Source: Deltaproteobacteria bacterium
GTDB lineage: Bacteria; SAR324; NAC60-12
DNA: 64,000 nucleotides
Direction: 5' to 3'
Assembly: GCA_038150265.1 (NCBI GenBank)
Contig: JAYOTF010000010.1
Location: forward strand, 1 to 64,000
Program-made: the position numbers and the translations under genes
Shown: positions 13,855-25,858 of the stretch, one piece after another
How the letters are laid out: each line of letters opens with the position of its first letter
Position numbering within the stretch: the stretch's first letter is position 1
Notes under the pieces: generated by a model
The model's input: only the letters and a program-made list of their open reading frames with translations
Databases searched by the model: none
What the model was told of the DNA's origin: nothing

Positions 13855-14787
13855 ATGAGTTTGTTGCCTGAGGGACTGGTCATTGACTTCTTGAGCAAAC
13901 GAAAGTTTGCCTACGTGTTTTCCCTCATCATGATCGCCATCGGGCTGGTCTCTGTCCTCGGCCACCATGGTCTGAACTACGGCATTGACTTCCGGGGTGG
14001 CACCAACGTTCAAATGCGCTTTGTCGAAGACCCCAGCCTCGACGACCTCCGGGCCACCTTTGCCGAGCAAGGGCAGAACTCGGTGCAGCTTCAAACCTTT
14101 GGCGACCCCGCCGACCGCGAGGTGCTGCTCATCCTTCCGGTCGACAGCGAACTGGGAACCGGCGAGCAGCTCACCGCCTCTCTGCAAAGCCTGCTGGGCG
14201 ACTCCCACCCCGGCATGGAGATCCGCCGCATTGAGACCATTGGTCCGAAGGTGGGAGACGAGCTGAAGTACGACGCCCTCTACTCCATCGCTGTGGCGCT
14301 GGGGCTCGTGCTGCTCTACATCACTTTCCGCTTCCAGTGGCGCCAGGGCGTTGCCGCAATCGTCACCCTGCTGCATGACGTCCTGGTCGTGGTGGGGCTG
14401 TTTTCGCTCTTTGACAAGGAATTCACGCTCTCGGTGGTGGCCGCGTTGCTGACCGTCGTCGGTTACTCCCTCAACGACACCATCGTCGTGTTTGACCGGA
14501 TCCGGGAAAACCAGGGACGCTTCCGCAAGAAGCCCATCATCGACCTCATCAACCTGAGCATCACTGAAACCCTGAGCCGGACCCTGCTGACGTCTGGAAC
14601 CACCTTGCTCGTGGTCCTCGTCCTCTTCCTCTTCGGCGGAGAAATCATTCACGACTTCTCCTATGCGTTGCTGAGCGGCATCGTCATCGGAACCTATTCC
14701 TCCATTTACGTCGCCAGCCCACTGGTGGTCGTGTTGACCAAGCTCGAGGACGACCGTCCGGAGCCTGCTGCTTCCCAAGCCTCGTAA
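13855..14787 (+). CDS. secF: Protein translocase subunit SecF
   Basis: 'GIDFRGG', 'GYSLNDTIVVFDRIREN', 'GTYSSIYVA'. Confidence 0.97.
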   Translation: MSLLPEGLVIDFLSKRKFAYVFSLIMIAIGLVSVLGHHGLNYGIDFRGGTNVQMRFVEDPSLDDLRATFAEQGQNSVQLQTFGDPADREVLLILPVDSELGTGEQLTASLQSLLGDSHPGMEIRRIETIGPKVGDELKYDALYSIAVALGLVLLYITFRFQWRQGVAAIVTLLHDVLVVVGLFSLFDKEFTLSVVAALLTVVGYSLNDTIVVFDRIRENQGRFRKKPIIDLINLSITETLSRTLLTSGTTLLVVLVLFLFGGEIIHDFSYALLSGIVIGTYSSIYVASPLVVVLTKLEDDRPEPAASQAS

Positions 14788-14801
14788 GCCGAGGCAGCGC
14801 C

Positions 14802-15674
14802 GTGGCCGAGGGAGACTTTTTCCCCATCCGGACCCTCGTCGTCGCAGGGTTGGGGCTGATCGGAGGATCCTTCGCCGTCGCAGCCCGCTCGGCGGGCATT
14901 GCGCAGCGGCTGGTGGGCTTTGACCACTCGGCGCGGCACCGCCAAGAAGCGGAAGCGCTGGGGCTGGTCGATGCCACCCTTGCCGACTGGAAGGACCTTC
15001 CAGAAGAAACCGACCTGCTTCTGCTCGCTGTGCCCGTCGGAGCCCTCGCCGAGGTCATTGCCGACCTGCGCCCCCATCTTCCTGCCCACACCATTCTGAC
15101 AGACGCCGGAAGCGTCAAGGCTCCGCTGGTGGCGCTGATGCAGCAGCCCGCTTACCAGGCCATCCGTTTTGTGGCCGGACACCCCATTGCTGGCGGAGAG
15201 CGGTTTGGCCCCCAGGCAGCCAGGTCCGGACTCTTTCAGGGCAAGCGCTTCATCCTCACCCCCACGGCAGACACCGATCCGGACGCCCTGCAGCTGGTCC
15301 GTGCCATCTGGACCCGGTTCGGAAGCGAGGTCCGGGAGATGGACGCCCAGATGCACGACGAGATCTTTGCTGCGGTGAGCCACCTCCCGCACCTGCTTGC
15401 CTACGCCAGCATCCAGGCCATTGTCACCAGTGACCACTCTGAGGCGCTGGAACATTCCGGAGCCGGCCTGAAGGATTTCTCGCGCATCGCGTCCTCCAGT
15501 CCAGAAATGTGGGCGGATATTTTTGTGGAAAACAAGGAGTCGCTCCTCAAGCGCGTGACGGTGTTCCGGGAAACCCTGGACGCGCTGGAAGCCGCCATTG
15601 CCAATGAGGATGATGCGGCCCTGCGAGCCTTGCTCTGGCAAGCGAAGCAGGACCGAGACCGCTGGATGGGGTAG
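14802..15674 (+). CDS. tyrA: Prephenate/arogenate dehydrogenase
   Basis: 'GLGLIGGS', 'DAGSVK', 'GHPIAG', 'HDEIFAAVSHLPH', 'DFSRIASS'. Confidence 0.92.
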   Translation: MAEGDFFPIRTLVVAGLGLIGGSFAVAARSAGIAQRLVGFDHSARHRQEAEALGLVDATLADWKDLPEETDLLLLAVPVGALAEVIADLRPHLPAHTILTDAGSVKAPLVALMQQPAYQAIRFVAGHPIAGGERFGPQAARSGLFQGKRFILTPTADTDPDALQLVRAIWTRFGSEVREMDAQMHDEIFAAVSHLPHLLAYASIQAIVTSDHSEALEHSGAGLKDFSRIASSSPEMWADIFVENKESLLKRVTVFRETLDALEAAIANEDDAALRALLWQAKQDRDRWMG

Positions 15675-15680
15675 CTGTCG

Positions 15681-17764
<2,084 letters not shown>

Positions 17765-17770
17765 GGTTCC

Positions 17771-18838
17771 TCAGTCGTTTTCGGTAGCAGGAGAGGCAAT
17801 CGGGCGGGCCGCAAAGCGTCCTTGCCGCTTGGCGATGCCACGGAGCAAGCGCCCGAGCAGATCGGCGCCTGTGATGATTCGTCTCACCCCATCCCAACAA
17901 AGGATCAGGTCGTTGTCAATCACATCGTCTTCCGCATGCTCCGGATGCACACGCAGGTGCTGAAGCGCCTGCCCCAGCGGAGTCGCGGGGTCTGTGATCA
18001 CAATGGGACGGTGGCAGTACGAGTACGGCCGGAAGGGGTCGTCTCCAAAGAGCGCATCCCGCAGAAACGAGTCGGCATTGAGGACGAGGCGGGGGAAGCC
18101 CTCGAGGTCCGTGAGGATGACCCACTTTTTCCCGGAAGCCTGGACCTGCCGCAGGAAGGGGTCGTCAGCCGTCCGCTCAAAGTCTGGCAGCATCGGCAAA
18201 TCGGAGCTGCACTTGAGCGCAATGATGCTGTCCGGATCCACGAGTTCCCCCTCTTCGGCGATGGGGAGGTCATCGAGGGAGAGGAAGTTGAGCGCGCCAA
18301 TGCCCTCGAGTGGATCAATGTCAGAATCTTCCGCGTGCATGTGCTTGTGGAGCATGATGCGGAAGTCCTGCTCATTGAAGTAGGTCACGCCTTCCTTGCC
18401 CAACCACCAGTCCAGCAGCAGCGCCGAGGGCTTGGTGACCGGGTAGAGCAGAATGCGGTAGATCCAGATCAGGGGATACAGGCGGACGCCCATGCGGAGG
18501 GCATGCCGGGAGAAGTACGCCTGAGGGAGGATCTCGCCAAAGAGCGTGATGCCGAAGGTGGAGAAGGCAAAAGCCGCCACGCCGGCAAGCAGGGACTCGC
18601 TGAGCAGCGTCAGGAAGACGTTGACGCTCACGTTCCCCCACAGCAAGGTGGCCAGAAGCAGGTTGGAGTCGCGGCGCAGCTCAAGAATCCGAGCGGCGTC
18701 CTTGTTTCCGGACTCGACCTCCACCTCCAAACGCAGGGGGCTGAGGCCAAAGAGGCCAATGGTCAGTCCGGAGAAAGCTGCTGACTGGGAGAAGCAAAAC
18801 AGCACTCCCAGCCAGGAAAGGGTCGTCTCGTTCAGCAT
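17771..18838 (-). CDS. CNNM/DUF21-domain membrane protein (CorB-like, degenerate CBS region)
   Basis: 'SAAFSGLTIGLFGL', 'LLATLLWGNV', 'FGEILPQA'. Confidence 0.8.
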   Translation of the reverse strand: MLNETTLSWLGVLFCFSQSAAFSGLTIGLFGLSPLRLEVEVESGNKDAARILELRRDSNLLLATLLWGNVSVNVFLTLLSESLLAGVAAFAFSTFGITLFGEILPQAYFSRHALRMGVRLYPLIWIYRILLYPVTKPSALLLDWWLGKEGVTYFNEQDFRIMLHKHMHAEDSDIDPLEGIGALNFLSLDDLPIAEEGELVDPDSIIALKCSSDLPMLPDFERTADDPFLRQVQASGKKWVILTDLEGFPRLVLNADSFLRDALFGDDPFRPYSYCHRPIVITDPATPLGQALQHLRVHPEHAEDDVIDNDLILCWDGVRRIITGADLLGRLLRGIAKRQGRFAARPIASPATEND

Positions 18839-18895
18839 GCCCGACTCCCAAAGAGCCGGGCGGCTGAAGACGGTTCCGGAGGGTCGTCGCTCATA

Positions 18896-20179
18896 CTAGC
18901 GTTGATTCAGGGGAACGTAGTCACGGGAGTTGGGGCCCGTGTAGATCTGGCGCGGGCGGCCGATCTTGGGGTTGCTGTTGTGCATTTCCAACCAGTGCGA
19001 GATCCACCCGGGCAGGCGGCCCATCGCAAACAGCACCGTAAACATTTCCGTGGGGAAGCCCAGGGCCTTGTAGATGATGCCGCTGTAGAAGTCGACGTTC
19101 GGGTAGAGGTTCCGCTCAATGAAGTACTCGTCCGTGAGGGCGACCTCTTCAAGCTGCTTGGCAATGTCGAGGAGCGGATCCTGAACGCCCACCATGTTGA
19201 GCACCTTGTCGGCGTAGGACTTGATGATCTTGGCGCGCGGGTCGAAGTTCTTGTAGACCCGGTGGCCAAAGCCCATCAGCCGGAAGCTGGAGTCCTTGTC
19301 CTTGGCCATTTCCACAGCTTTCTGGACGTTGCCGTTCTCTTCGTCGCGGATGTACTCCAGCATCTCCAGAACCGCCTGGTTCGCTCCGCCGTGCAGCGGT
19401 CCCCAGAGGGCCGCAATTCCGGACGAAATGGAGGCAAACAGGTTGGCCTGGCTGCTTCCCACCAACCGGACGGTGGAGGTGGAGCAGTTCTGCTCGTGAT
19501 CGGCGTGGAGGATGAACAGCACGTTCAGGGCTTCCACAAACTCCTTCGGCACCTCGTATTCGGTGGCCGGGACGCTGAACATCATGTTCAGGAAGTTCTC
19601 ACAGTAGGAGAAGCGGTTCTTCGGGTAGATGACGGGCTGGCCAATGTTCTTCTTGTGGGCCCAGGCGGCAATGGTCGGGAGCTTGCCCATCAAGCGCCAG
19701 ATGGCCAGGTCGACAGCAGCATGGTCGGTGGCGCTGAAGTCTTCATAGAAGGTCGAGAGCGCACAGACCACACACGAGAGGATCGCCATCGGGTGGGCAT
19801 CCTTCGGGAACGCCGCATAGATGTGCCGCAGGTCCTCATGGAGCATCGTGTGGCGGGTGATGTGGTTCTCAAAATCCGCCAGTTGGGTGCTGCTCGGCAG
19901 CTCTCCGTAAATGAGCAGGTAGCTCACCTCAAGAAAATTGGATTTTTCCGCGAGCTGCTCAATCGGATACCCGCGGTAGCGAAGGATGCCCTGCTCTCCG
20001 TCCAAAAAGGTAATCGCGCTGGTGGCAGCCCCGGTGTTGACGTATCCGGGATCCAGGGTGATGGCCCCGGTCTGCGCCCGGAGTTTGGCAATGTCAATTC
20101 CCACTTCACCTTCAGAACCTACCACCAGCGGCAGTTCCACATTTTTATCGAGAATTTCCACTCGTGCGTTCTGACTCAT
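18896..20179 (-). CDS. gltA: Citrate synthase (hexameric type)
   Basis: 'LHADHEQNCSTSTVR', 'GPLHGGANQ', 'GFGHRVYK', 'YPNVDFYSG'. Confidence 0.98.
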   Translation of the reverse strand: MSQNARVEILDKNVELPLVVGSEGEVGIDIAKLRAQTGAITLDPGYVNTGAATSAITFLDGEQGILRYRGYPIEQLAEKSNFLEVSYLLIYGELPSSTQLADFENHITRHTMLHEDLRHIYAAFPKDAHPMAILSCVVCALSTFYEDFSATDHAAVDLAIWRLMGKLPTIAAWAHKKNIGQPVIYPKNRFSYCENFLNMMFSVPATEYEVPKEFVEALNVLFILHADHEQNCSTSTVRLVGSSQANLFASISSGIAALWGPLHGGANQAVLEMLEYIRDEENGNVQKAVEMAKDKDSSFRLMGFGHRVYKNFDPRAKIIKSYADKVLNMVGVQDPLLDIAKQLEEVALTDEYFIERNLYPNVDFYSGIIYKALGFPTEMFTVLFAMGRLPGWISHWLEMHNSNPKIGRPRQIYTGPNSRDYVPLNQR

Positions 20180-20451
20180 GCGCTCCTTTTCGAGTTGGGG
20201 GGAGACGAAGGCGGCTTCTGCGTGAGAAAACCCGGCCTGCGGTAAACGAGAATTCCAAGATTAGCGAACTGATCTCTCAGAGGCAAGTGCTTCGCGTGTC
20301 CGTCATGAGGGCTCCGTCAGACTCCCCAGGCACGGGCTCCACCGGGCTCCTGCGCTTTCCGTCCCCAGAGCCTCCGGGAGGGGCTTTTGCTCTCATGCGT
20401 GAGAGAAAACAAGGTTCTGATTTTCGAACTGAACAAGCCTTACGCTTCTTT

Positions 20452-20480
20452 TTGACAAATTTCCCCTAAAAGTACATCTT
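20452..20480 (+). promoter_or_regulatory. Putative sigma70 promoter for ORF 20591
   Basis: Perfect TTGACA-N17-CATCTT in an AT-rich intergenic patch. Confidence 0.4.
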
Positions 20481-20590
20481 GTTGAAATCAATTTTCAACC
20501 CGACCGGTCTGCAGCGGCTTCCCGGACTCTCCCTCCAGCCGCTCCCCAGACGGGTGCCTCTGAACGACCCTGTGTTTTCGCCGAGTATTC

Positions 20591-21118
20591 ATGACTGACG
20601 ACAAGAGTTTGACTCAGCCTCACACCTGTTCCATTGAGGACTGGGAAGACAAAATGGAGAAGCTGTTTTGGGCGGCGGTGCACCCCTTTCATCAGGGGCT
20701 GGCCATCTTTACCAACACGGAGCGGCGCTACACGGGCGACCCGGAAGGCCAGCTGATCCCACGGGTGTCCATGCGGATCAAGAAGGAGCAAAGTGGCGAA
20801 ATGAAGCAGTTCCTCAAGGGCCTCACCCGAGAGGGCTTCAACAAGGTCTTTGCCTTCAAGGATACGCCCCCAGAGGGGCCCTACCAGTTTCTCAAGCTGG
20901 TGGACACCCCCCTCCCGAACAACTCGTATGTGTACTTCGTTCACTCCGTGCCTCCCACCGAAAAAATGGGGGCCGAGCGCGTTGACATGGAGCGGGAGCG
21001 GCAGGCCATTCTTGTTTACTCTCCCATCAAGACCAGCCTTGACTTCATGCGGATCATCACCGCCATCAACGATGTGCTGAATCCGGAGGAAGCGCCTCCT
21101 GCCCAAGCAGCCGAGTGA
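20591..21118 (+). CDS. Hypothetical protein (175 aa)
   Basis: Host-like codon usage; fills the gap between divergent gltA and the convergent deaminase; no family recognised. Confidence 0.75.
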   Translation: MTDDKSLTQPHTCSIEDWEDKMEKLFWAAVHPFHQGLAIFTNTERRYTGDPEGQLIPRVSMRIKKEQSGEMKQFLKGLTREGFNKVFAFKDTPPEGPYQFLKLVDTPLPNNSYVYFVHSVPPTEKMGAERVDMERERQAILVYSPIKTSLDFMRIITAINDVLNPEEAPPAQAAE

Positions 21119-22420
21119 TCAGGCCGTGGCCCGCCGCACCAGGTCCTGGGCCAGGGCTTCTCCTTCCTGAAGCACGGCCTCCGGATCCAGCGTCTGCACC
21201 GCATAGTCCTTCACCACCCACTCGCCATTGATGAACACATGCCGAACGTCGGCCGCCTGAGCGCTGTAGGTCACGGCCGCCACGGGGTTATGCCGAGGCC
21301 AGTAGTGAGGCTTGCGAGCATCCAGCATGATCACATCCGCTTTCTTCCCGACCTCCAGCGAGCCAATCTCGTGCTCCAGGCCCAGGGCCTTTGCTCCATT
21401 GAGGGTGGCCATCCGGATCGCCGTTGCCGCCGGAACCGCCTCGGCGTCTGCCTGAATGCCCTTGTGCAGGAGTGCGGCAAGGTGAAGCTCTTCAAACAGG
21501 TTGACGTTGTTGTTGCTCGCGTGCCCATCGGTGCCCAGCGCCACAGTGACCCCTTTCGCCAGTAACTGCGGGATGGGGGCCACCCCATTGGCCAGCTTGA
21601 GGTTGCTGGTGGGATTGTGCAGCACCTTGACCTGGTACTCGGCCAGCAGGCTCTGATCCGCCTCATCAACATGAACACAGTGGGCGGCAGCCGTCGGACG
21701 CTCCAGCACGCCGAGGTCCGCCAGGTACTGCACCGGCGTTTTTCCATGGGCGCCCCGGGAGTTTGCCACCTCCTCCCGGCTTTCTGAGACATGAATGTGC
21801 AGGCCGATGTTCCGACGCTGTGCCTCCTGAGCCGCTTCCTTGAGGTACCCGGCGCTGCAGAGGTAGGGGGAATGAGGGCCCAGCTGTACGGTGAGGCGGC
21901 CTCCCGCCTTTCCATGCCAGGTGTCGTGCAGGTGGGTCGCTTCCTTGAAGAGGAAGGCCCCCAGCTCAGGATTCGGATCCAGCAGACCTCCGCAGAGGCA
22001 GGCTCGGATTCCGGACTCTTCCACCCCCCGAGCCACCTGGTCCATGAAGAAGTACATGTCGAGGAAGCTCGTCACCCCCGCCTGCAGCAACTCGAGCACG
22101 CCCAAACGGGTGCCCGCGTACACGTGCTCGGCGGAAAGGTGATCCTCCATCGGCTTGATGCGCTCCATCAGCCAGGGCCAGAAGGGCAGGTCGTCTGCAT
22201 AATTCCGGAACAGCGCCATCGGGATGTGCGTGTGGGCGTTGACCAGTCCAGGCAGCACAAGGTGGTCGGTGCCGTCCACAGTTTCATCAGGCACAAAGCC
22301 ATCGGGGACGGTGCCCACTCCCACCAGGCGATCGCCTGCCATCGCAAGGGGGGCCGCAGGGTAAACCGTGTCGGTCGGGTCAACCGTCAGGAGGGTCGCA
22401 TTTTCAATGAGCCGGTTCAT
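21119..22420 (-). CDS. Amidohydrolase, MTA/SAH deaminase-like (MtaD)
   Basis: 'PGLVNAHTH', 'GPHSPY', 'HIHVSE', 'AHCVH', 'SNLKLA', 'LGTDG'. Confidence 0.88.
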   Translation of the reverse strand: MNRLIENATLLTVDPTDTVYPAAPLAMAGDRLVGVGTVPDGFVPDETVDGTDHLVLPGLVNAHTHIPMALFRNYADDLPFWPWLMERIKPMEDHLSAEHVYAGTRLGVLELLQAGVTSFLDMYFFMDQVARGVEESGIRACLCGGLLDPNPELGAFLFKEATHLHDTWHGKAGGRLTVQLGPHSPYLCSAGYLKEAAQEAQRRNIGLHIHVSESREEVANSRGAHGKTPVQYLADLGVLERPTAAAHCVHVDEADQSLLAEYQVKVLHNPTSNLKLANGVAPIPQLLAKGVTVALGTDGHASNNNVNLFEELHLAALLHKGIQADAEAVPAATAIRMATLNGAKALGLEHEIGSLEVGKKADVIMLDARKPHYWPRHNPVAAVTYSAQAADVRHVFINGEWVVKDYAVQTLDPEAVLQEGEALAQDLVRRATA

Positions 22421-22565
22421 CGCAGATTTTCACACACAAGGGGCCCTTCCGGAGAAGGAGAAGCAGTCACCAGGAATGCAGGGCATCTTTCCTGAGAAAG
22501 GGCATCAATTCAAGAGCTTTCCCGGACACGGCCCGTTTTTTCCACGACTGGGCGGGTTCTCACCC

Positions 22566-22594
22566 TTGCAAGTTCCCAGGGCCTCCCTTACAGT
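22566..22594 (+). promoter_or_regulatory. Putative sigma70 promoter for gcvT
   Basis: TTGCAA-N17-TACAGT, about 30 nt before the ATG; RBS GGAG. Confidence 0.5.
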
Positions 22595-22623
22595 TGCTCG
22601 CTGTTTCACTTATTGGAGATTCT

Positions 22624-23721
22624 ATGGCGGAGCTTAAGAAAACCCCGTTTCATGCGATGCATCTGGAGCACGGGGCGATGATGGTGGACTTTGGGGGCTG
22701 GCACATGCCCGTGCGCTACAGTGGCGACAAGAAGGAGCACCAGGCGGTCCGAGAAGCCGTTGGGCTCTTTGATGTCAGCCACATGGGGGAAATTGCAATC
22801 CGGGGCAAACAGGCCCTTGCGCTCCTTCAGTACCTGACCTGCAACGACGTTGCGCGCCTGGACCCGGGGAAGATCCACTACAACGTCCTGATGAGCCCCC
22901 AGGGCGGATTTCTTGACGACGTCCTGATCTACCATCGGGGCGACCGGGACTACCTGGTGGTGGTCAATGCGGCCAACCGCGAGAAGGACTTTGCCTGGAT
23001 CCGGGAGCAGAACGAACGCTTCAGTGCCGAAATCGCAGATGAGAGCGATGACTGGTGTCAGCTGGCGATTCAGGGGCCCAAGGCGGTTGACGTGCTGGAA
23101 GCCCTCACGGCCCTGCCGGTCCGGGACATGCGTTACTACCGTTTTGCCGAAGGCGAGGTCTGTGACGTGCCCATGATCGTCAGCCGGACCGGTTACACGG
23201 CTTCTGACGGGTTTGAGATCTACTTTGCCACGGAGCATGCCGAAGCCGTCTGGAAGCACGTCATGGACGCCGGAGCCCCGCATGGCCTGATTCCCTGTGG
23301 ACTTGGCGCGCGCGACAGCCTCCGGATCGAGGGCGCCATGCACCTCTATGGCAACGAAATGAACGAAGACACCACGGTCCTTGAAGCCGGACTCAAGTGG
23401 GTGGTCAAGCTCGACAAGGGCAAGTTCATTGGCAAGGACCGCCTGGAAGAGCAGCAGCAAGACGGTGTGCCCAAGCGGTTGGTCGGCTTTGAAATGGTCG
23501 AGTTTGGCATTCCCCGGCACGGCTACCCCGTCTGGCACGGCGACACACAGGTGGGAGAGGTCACCAGCGGCATCCTCTCCCCGACCCTCAACAAGGCGGT
23601 TGGCCTGACCTACGTCCCGGCCTCGCTGGATGCTCCCGGAACCCTGCTGGAGGTCGAAATTCGCAAAAAACGCATCCCGGCTCGGATTGTCCCGACGCCG
23701 TTTTACCGTGTGAAACGCTGA
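22624..23721 (+). CDS. gcvT: Glycine cleavage system T protein
   Basis: 'FGGWHMP', 'FDVSHMG', 'SRTGYT', 'GLGARDSLRIE', C-terminal 'PFY'. Confidence 0.96.
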   Translation: MAELKKTPFHAMHLEHGAMMVDFGGWHMPVRYSGDKKEHQAVREAVGLFDVSHMGEIAIRGKQALALLQYLTCNDVARLDPGKIHYNVLMSPQGGFLDDVLIYHRGDRDYLVVVNAANREKDFAWIREQNERFSAEIADESDDWCQLAIQGPKAVDVLEALTALPVRDMRYYRFAEGEVCDVPMIVSRTGYTASDGFEIYFATEHAEAVWKHVMDAGAPHGLIPCGLGARDSLRIEGAMHLYGNEMNEDTTVLEAGLKWVVKLDKGKFIGKDRLEEQQQDGVPKRLVGFEMVEFGIPRHGYPVWHGDTQVGEVTSGILSPTLNKAVGLTYVPASLDAPGTLLEVEIRKKRIPARIVPTPFYRVKR

Positions 23722-23869
23722 TTGCTTCGGTTTTCGTTTTTTCTCTGGACATGTTGCAGGGCCGGGGGCTAGATTAGTCGCGACCCGTGCAAGCGACACG
23801 ATTCGGAACCCCCTTTTTTGACCGCCCCCGCGCGGCCCCCTTATCAAACGCCCATCGAGGAGCAGGATA

Positions 23870-24256
23870 ATGAGCCAGGTGCCAGACGACCTGTTGTACA
23901 CAAAAGAGCACGAATGGATCCGCATCGAAGGATCCAAGGCGTACATCGGCATTACCGAGTATGCGCAGAAGTCTCTGGGTGACATTGTGTACGTCGAAAT
24001 GCCGAACATTGATGATGAATTCGAGTCTGGAGAAGAATTCGGAACCATTGAGTCGGTCAAAGCGGTCTCTCCCCTCTACCTGCCGGTGGGTGGACGGGTG
24101 ATCGACTTCAATCAGGAGCTCAAGGACCGCCCCGAGTTGGTGAATGAAGACTGCTACGATGAGGGCTGGCTGATCCGGATCAACGTCCGGGGAGAAGAGG
24201 GACAAGAGGACCTCCTCTCAGCAGACGAGTACGAGGAATTCCTCAAAGAATCCTGA
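23870..24256 (+). CDS. gcvH: Glycine cleavage system H protein
   Basis: 'HEW', 'GITEYAQKSLGD', lipoyl-Lys 'ESVKA'. Confidence 0.96.
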   Translation: MSQVPDDLLYTKEHEWIRIEGSKAYIGITEYAQKSLGDIVYVEMPNIDDEFESGEEFGTIESVKAVSPLYLPVGGRVIDFNQELKDRPELVNEDCYDEGWLIRINVRGEEGQEDLLSADEYEEFLKES

Positions 24257-24273
24257 GCCTCCACTCCTCCTCC

Positions 24274-25824
24274 ATGGCTTCATCACCGCGGAACGTGCTC
24301 TTCATCACGGCAGATCAGTGGCGAGGAGACACGCTCGGATGTGTCGGACATCCGGTTGTGCAGACCCCGCACCTCGACCAGCTGGCCCAGGAAGGGGTGC
24401 TCTTCCGCAACCACTGGACCCAGACCGCTCCCTGCAGTCCTGCCCGGGCGTCTCTCTACACCTCCCTCTACCTGATGAACCACCGGGTTGCCAACAACGG
24501 CACCCCACTGGACCGACGGCTGACCAACTTTGCGCTGGAGGCCCGCAAGCAGGGCTACGACCCCACGCTCTTTGGCTACACCGACATGTCGGCAGACCCC
24601 CGGGAGCACGACCGGAACGACCCCAGGCTGAAAACCTACGAGGGCGTCCTTCCGGGCATGAGCGTCGGAGTCTCCCTGACCGAGAGCGAGAAGCCCTGGC
24701 TCGCCTGGCTCAAGACCCTGGGCTACGAAGGCCTGAACGCCGAATCCGTTTACCGGCCTCTGCAATCAGCGCCACCCGGAGCAGGGGTCACGGCTCCGCC
24801 CGCCCGCTACCCCAGGGAACACAGCAACACGGCCTTTCTCTGTGGCGAGCTGCTGAAGTGGCTCAGCGTCCGGGAAGAGGAACCGTGGCTGGCGCACCTG
24901 TCGCTGCTGCGGCCGCATCCTCCATGGATTGCTCCGGAGCCTTACAGCTCGCAGTACGACCCTGCTGACGTTCCGCTCCCGGCCCGAGGTCCGTCGGCTG
25001 CCCAGGAAGGCGAACAGCACTTGCTGCTGAAGACGCTTCATGAGATCATCCCCATGAGCGCCTTTCACCGGGAAGGACAGGGCCCTGCCGCCGAGGCTTC
25101 CGAACAGGACGTCCGGCAGGCCCGAGCCACCTACTACGGGTTGATCAGCGAAGTGGATGCCCAACTCGGGAAGCTCTTTGCCTACCTCAAGGAGTCCGGA
25201 CAGTGGGACCGCACCCTCGTGATCTTTACCACCGATCATGGGGAGATGCTGGGAGACCACTACCTCTTTGGCAAGCAGGGCTACTTCGACGGCGCGGCTC
25301 ACATTCCGTTGATCATTCATGATCCGGATCATCCGGAAACCTTCGGCACCACCGTCGAGGCCTTCACGGAGACCATTGACACCACTCCCACCCTGCTGGA
25401 GTGGATCGGGGCCACCCCGCCCCAGCAGTTTGATGGACTCTCGCTGATGCCCTTCCTCAGGGGCCAGGTTCCGGAACGCTGGCGAGATGCGGTGCACTTC
25501 GAGTTCGACTTCCGGGAAATCGGCTCCCTGCAGCCGATGATCCTCGAACGCTTTGGGCTCTACCCCGACCAGTGCACACTCTGTGTTCTGCGAGATGAAC
25601 ACTTCAAGTATGTCCACTTCACGGCGCTGCCTCCGCTGCTCTTTGACCTGAAGGCCGACCCTCAGGAACTGAACAACCTGGCGGAGCATCCGGATTACCA
25701 GGCCACAGTCCTGAAGTACGCCCAAAGGATGCTGTCGTGGACGTTCAACCACCGGGATCGCACTCTTGTCAACATCAGCTACGAATCCGGAACCCCCCTC
25801 TCTTGGGAAGGACCTCGGTTCTGA
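24274..25824 (+). CDS. Sulfatase-superfamily phosphonate monoester hydrolase/phosphodiesterase (PehA/PMH-like)
   Basis: 'DQWR', formylglycine motif 'CSPARAS', 'YLMNHR', 'GYDPTLFGYT', 'DHGEMLGDH', 'KYVHFTALPPLLFDL'. Confidence 0.85.
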   Translation: MASSPRNVLFITADQWRGDTLGCVGHPVVQTPHLDQLAQEGVLFRNHWTQTAPCSPARASLYTSLYLMNHRVANNGTPLDRRLTNFALEARKQGYDPTLFGYTDMSADPREHDRNDPRLKTYEGVLPGMSVGVSLTESEKPWLAWLKTLGYEGLNAESVYRPLQSAPPGAGVTAPPARYPREHSNTAFLCGELLKWLSVREEEPWLAHLSLLRPHPPWIAPEPYSSQYDPADVPLPARGPSAAQEGEQHLLLKTLHEIIPMSAFHREGQGPAAEASEQDVRQARATYYGLISEVDAQLGKLFAYLKESGQWDRTLVIFTTDHGEMLGDHYLFGKQGYFDGAAHIPLIIHDPDHPETFGTTVEAFTETIDTTPTLLEWIGATPPQQFDGLSLMPFLRGQVPERWRDAVHFEFDFREIGSLQPMILERFGLYPDQCTLCVLRDEHFKYVHFTALPPLLFDLKADPQELNNLAEHPDYQATVLKYAQRMLSWTFNHRDRTLVNISYESGTPLSWEGPRF

Positions 25825-25858
25825 CCGCTCGCGCAAGGACGCGTCTAATCGGCCAAGG

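Noticed and set aside
22421..22623. Glycine riboswitch upstream of gcvT
   Set aside because: A GCCCTT/AAGGGC stem and GGAGA are present, but the conserved CCGAAG and CUCAGG elements are missing and the likely promoter lies downstream of the stem
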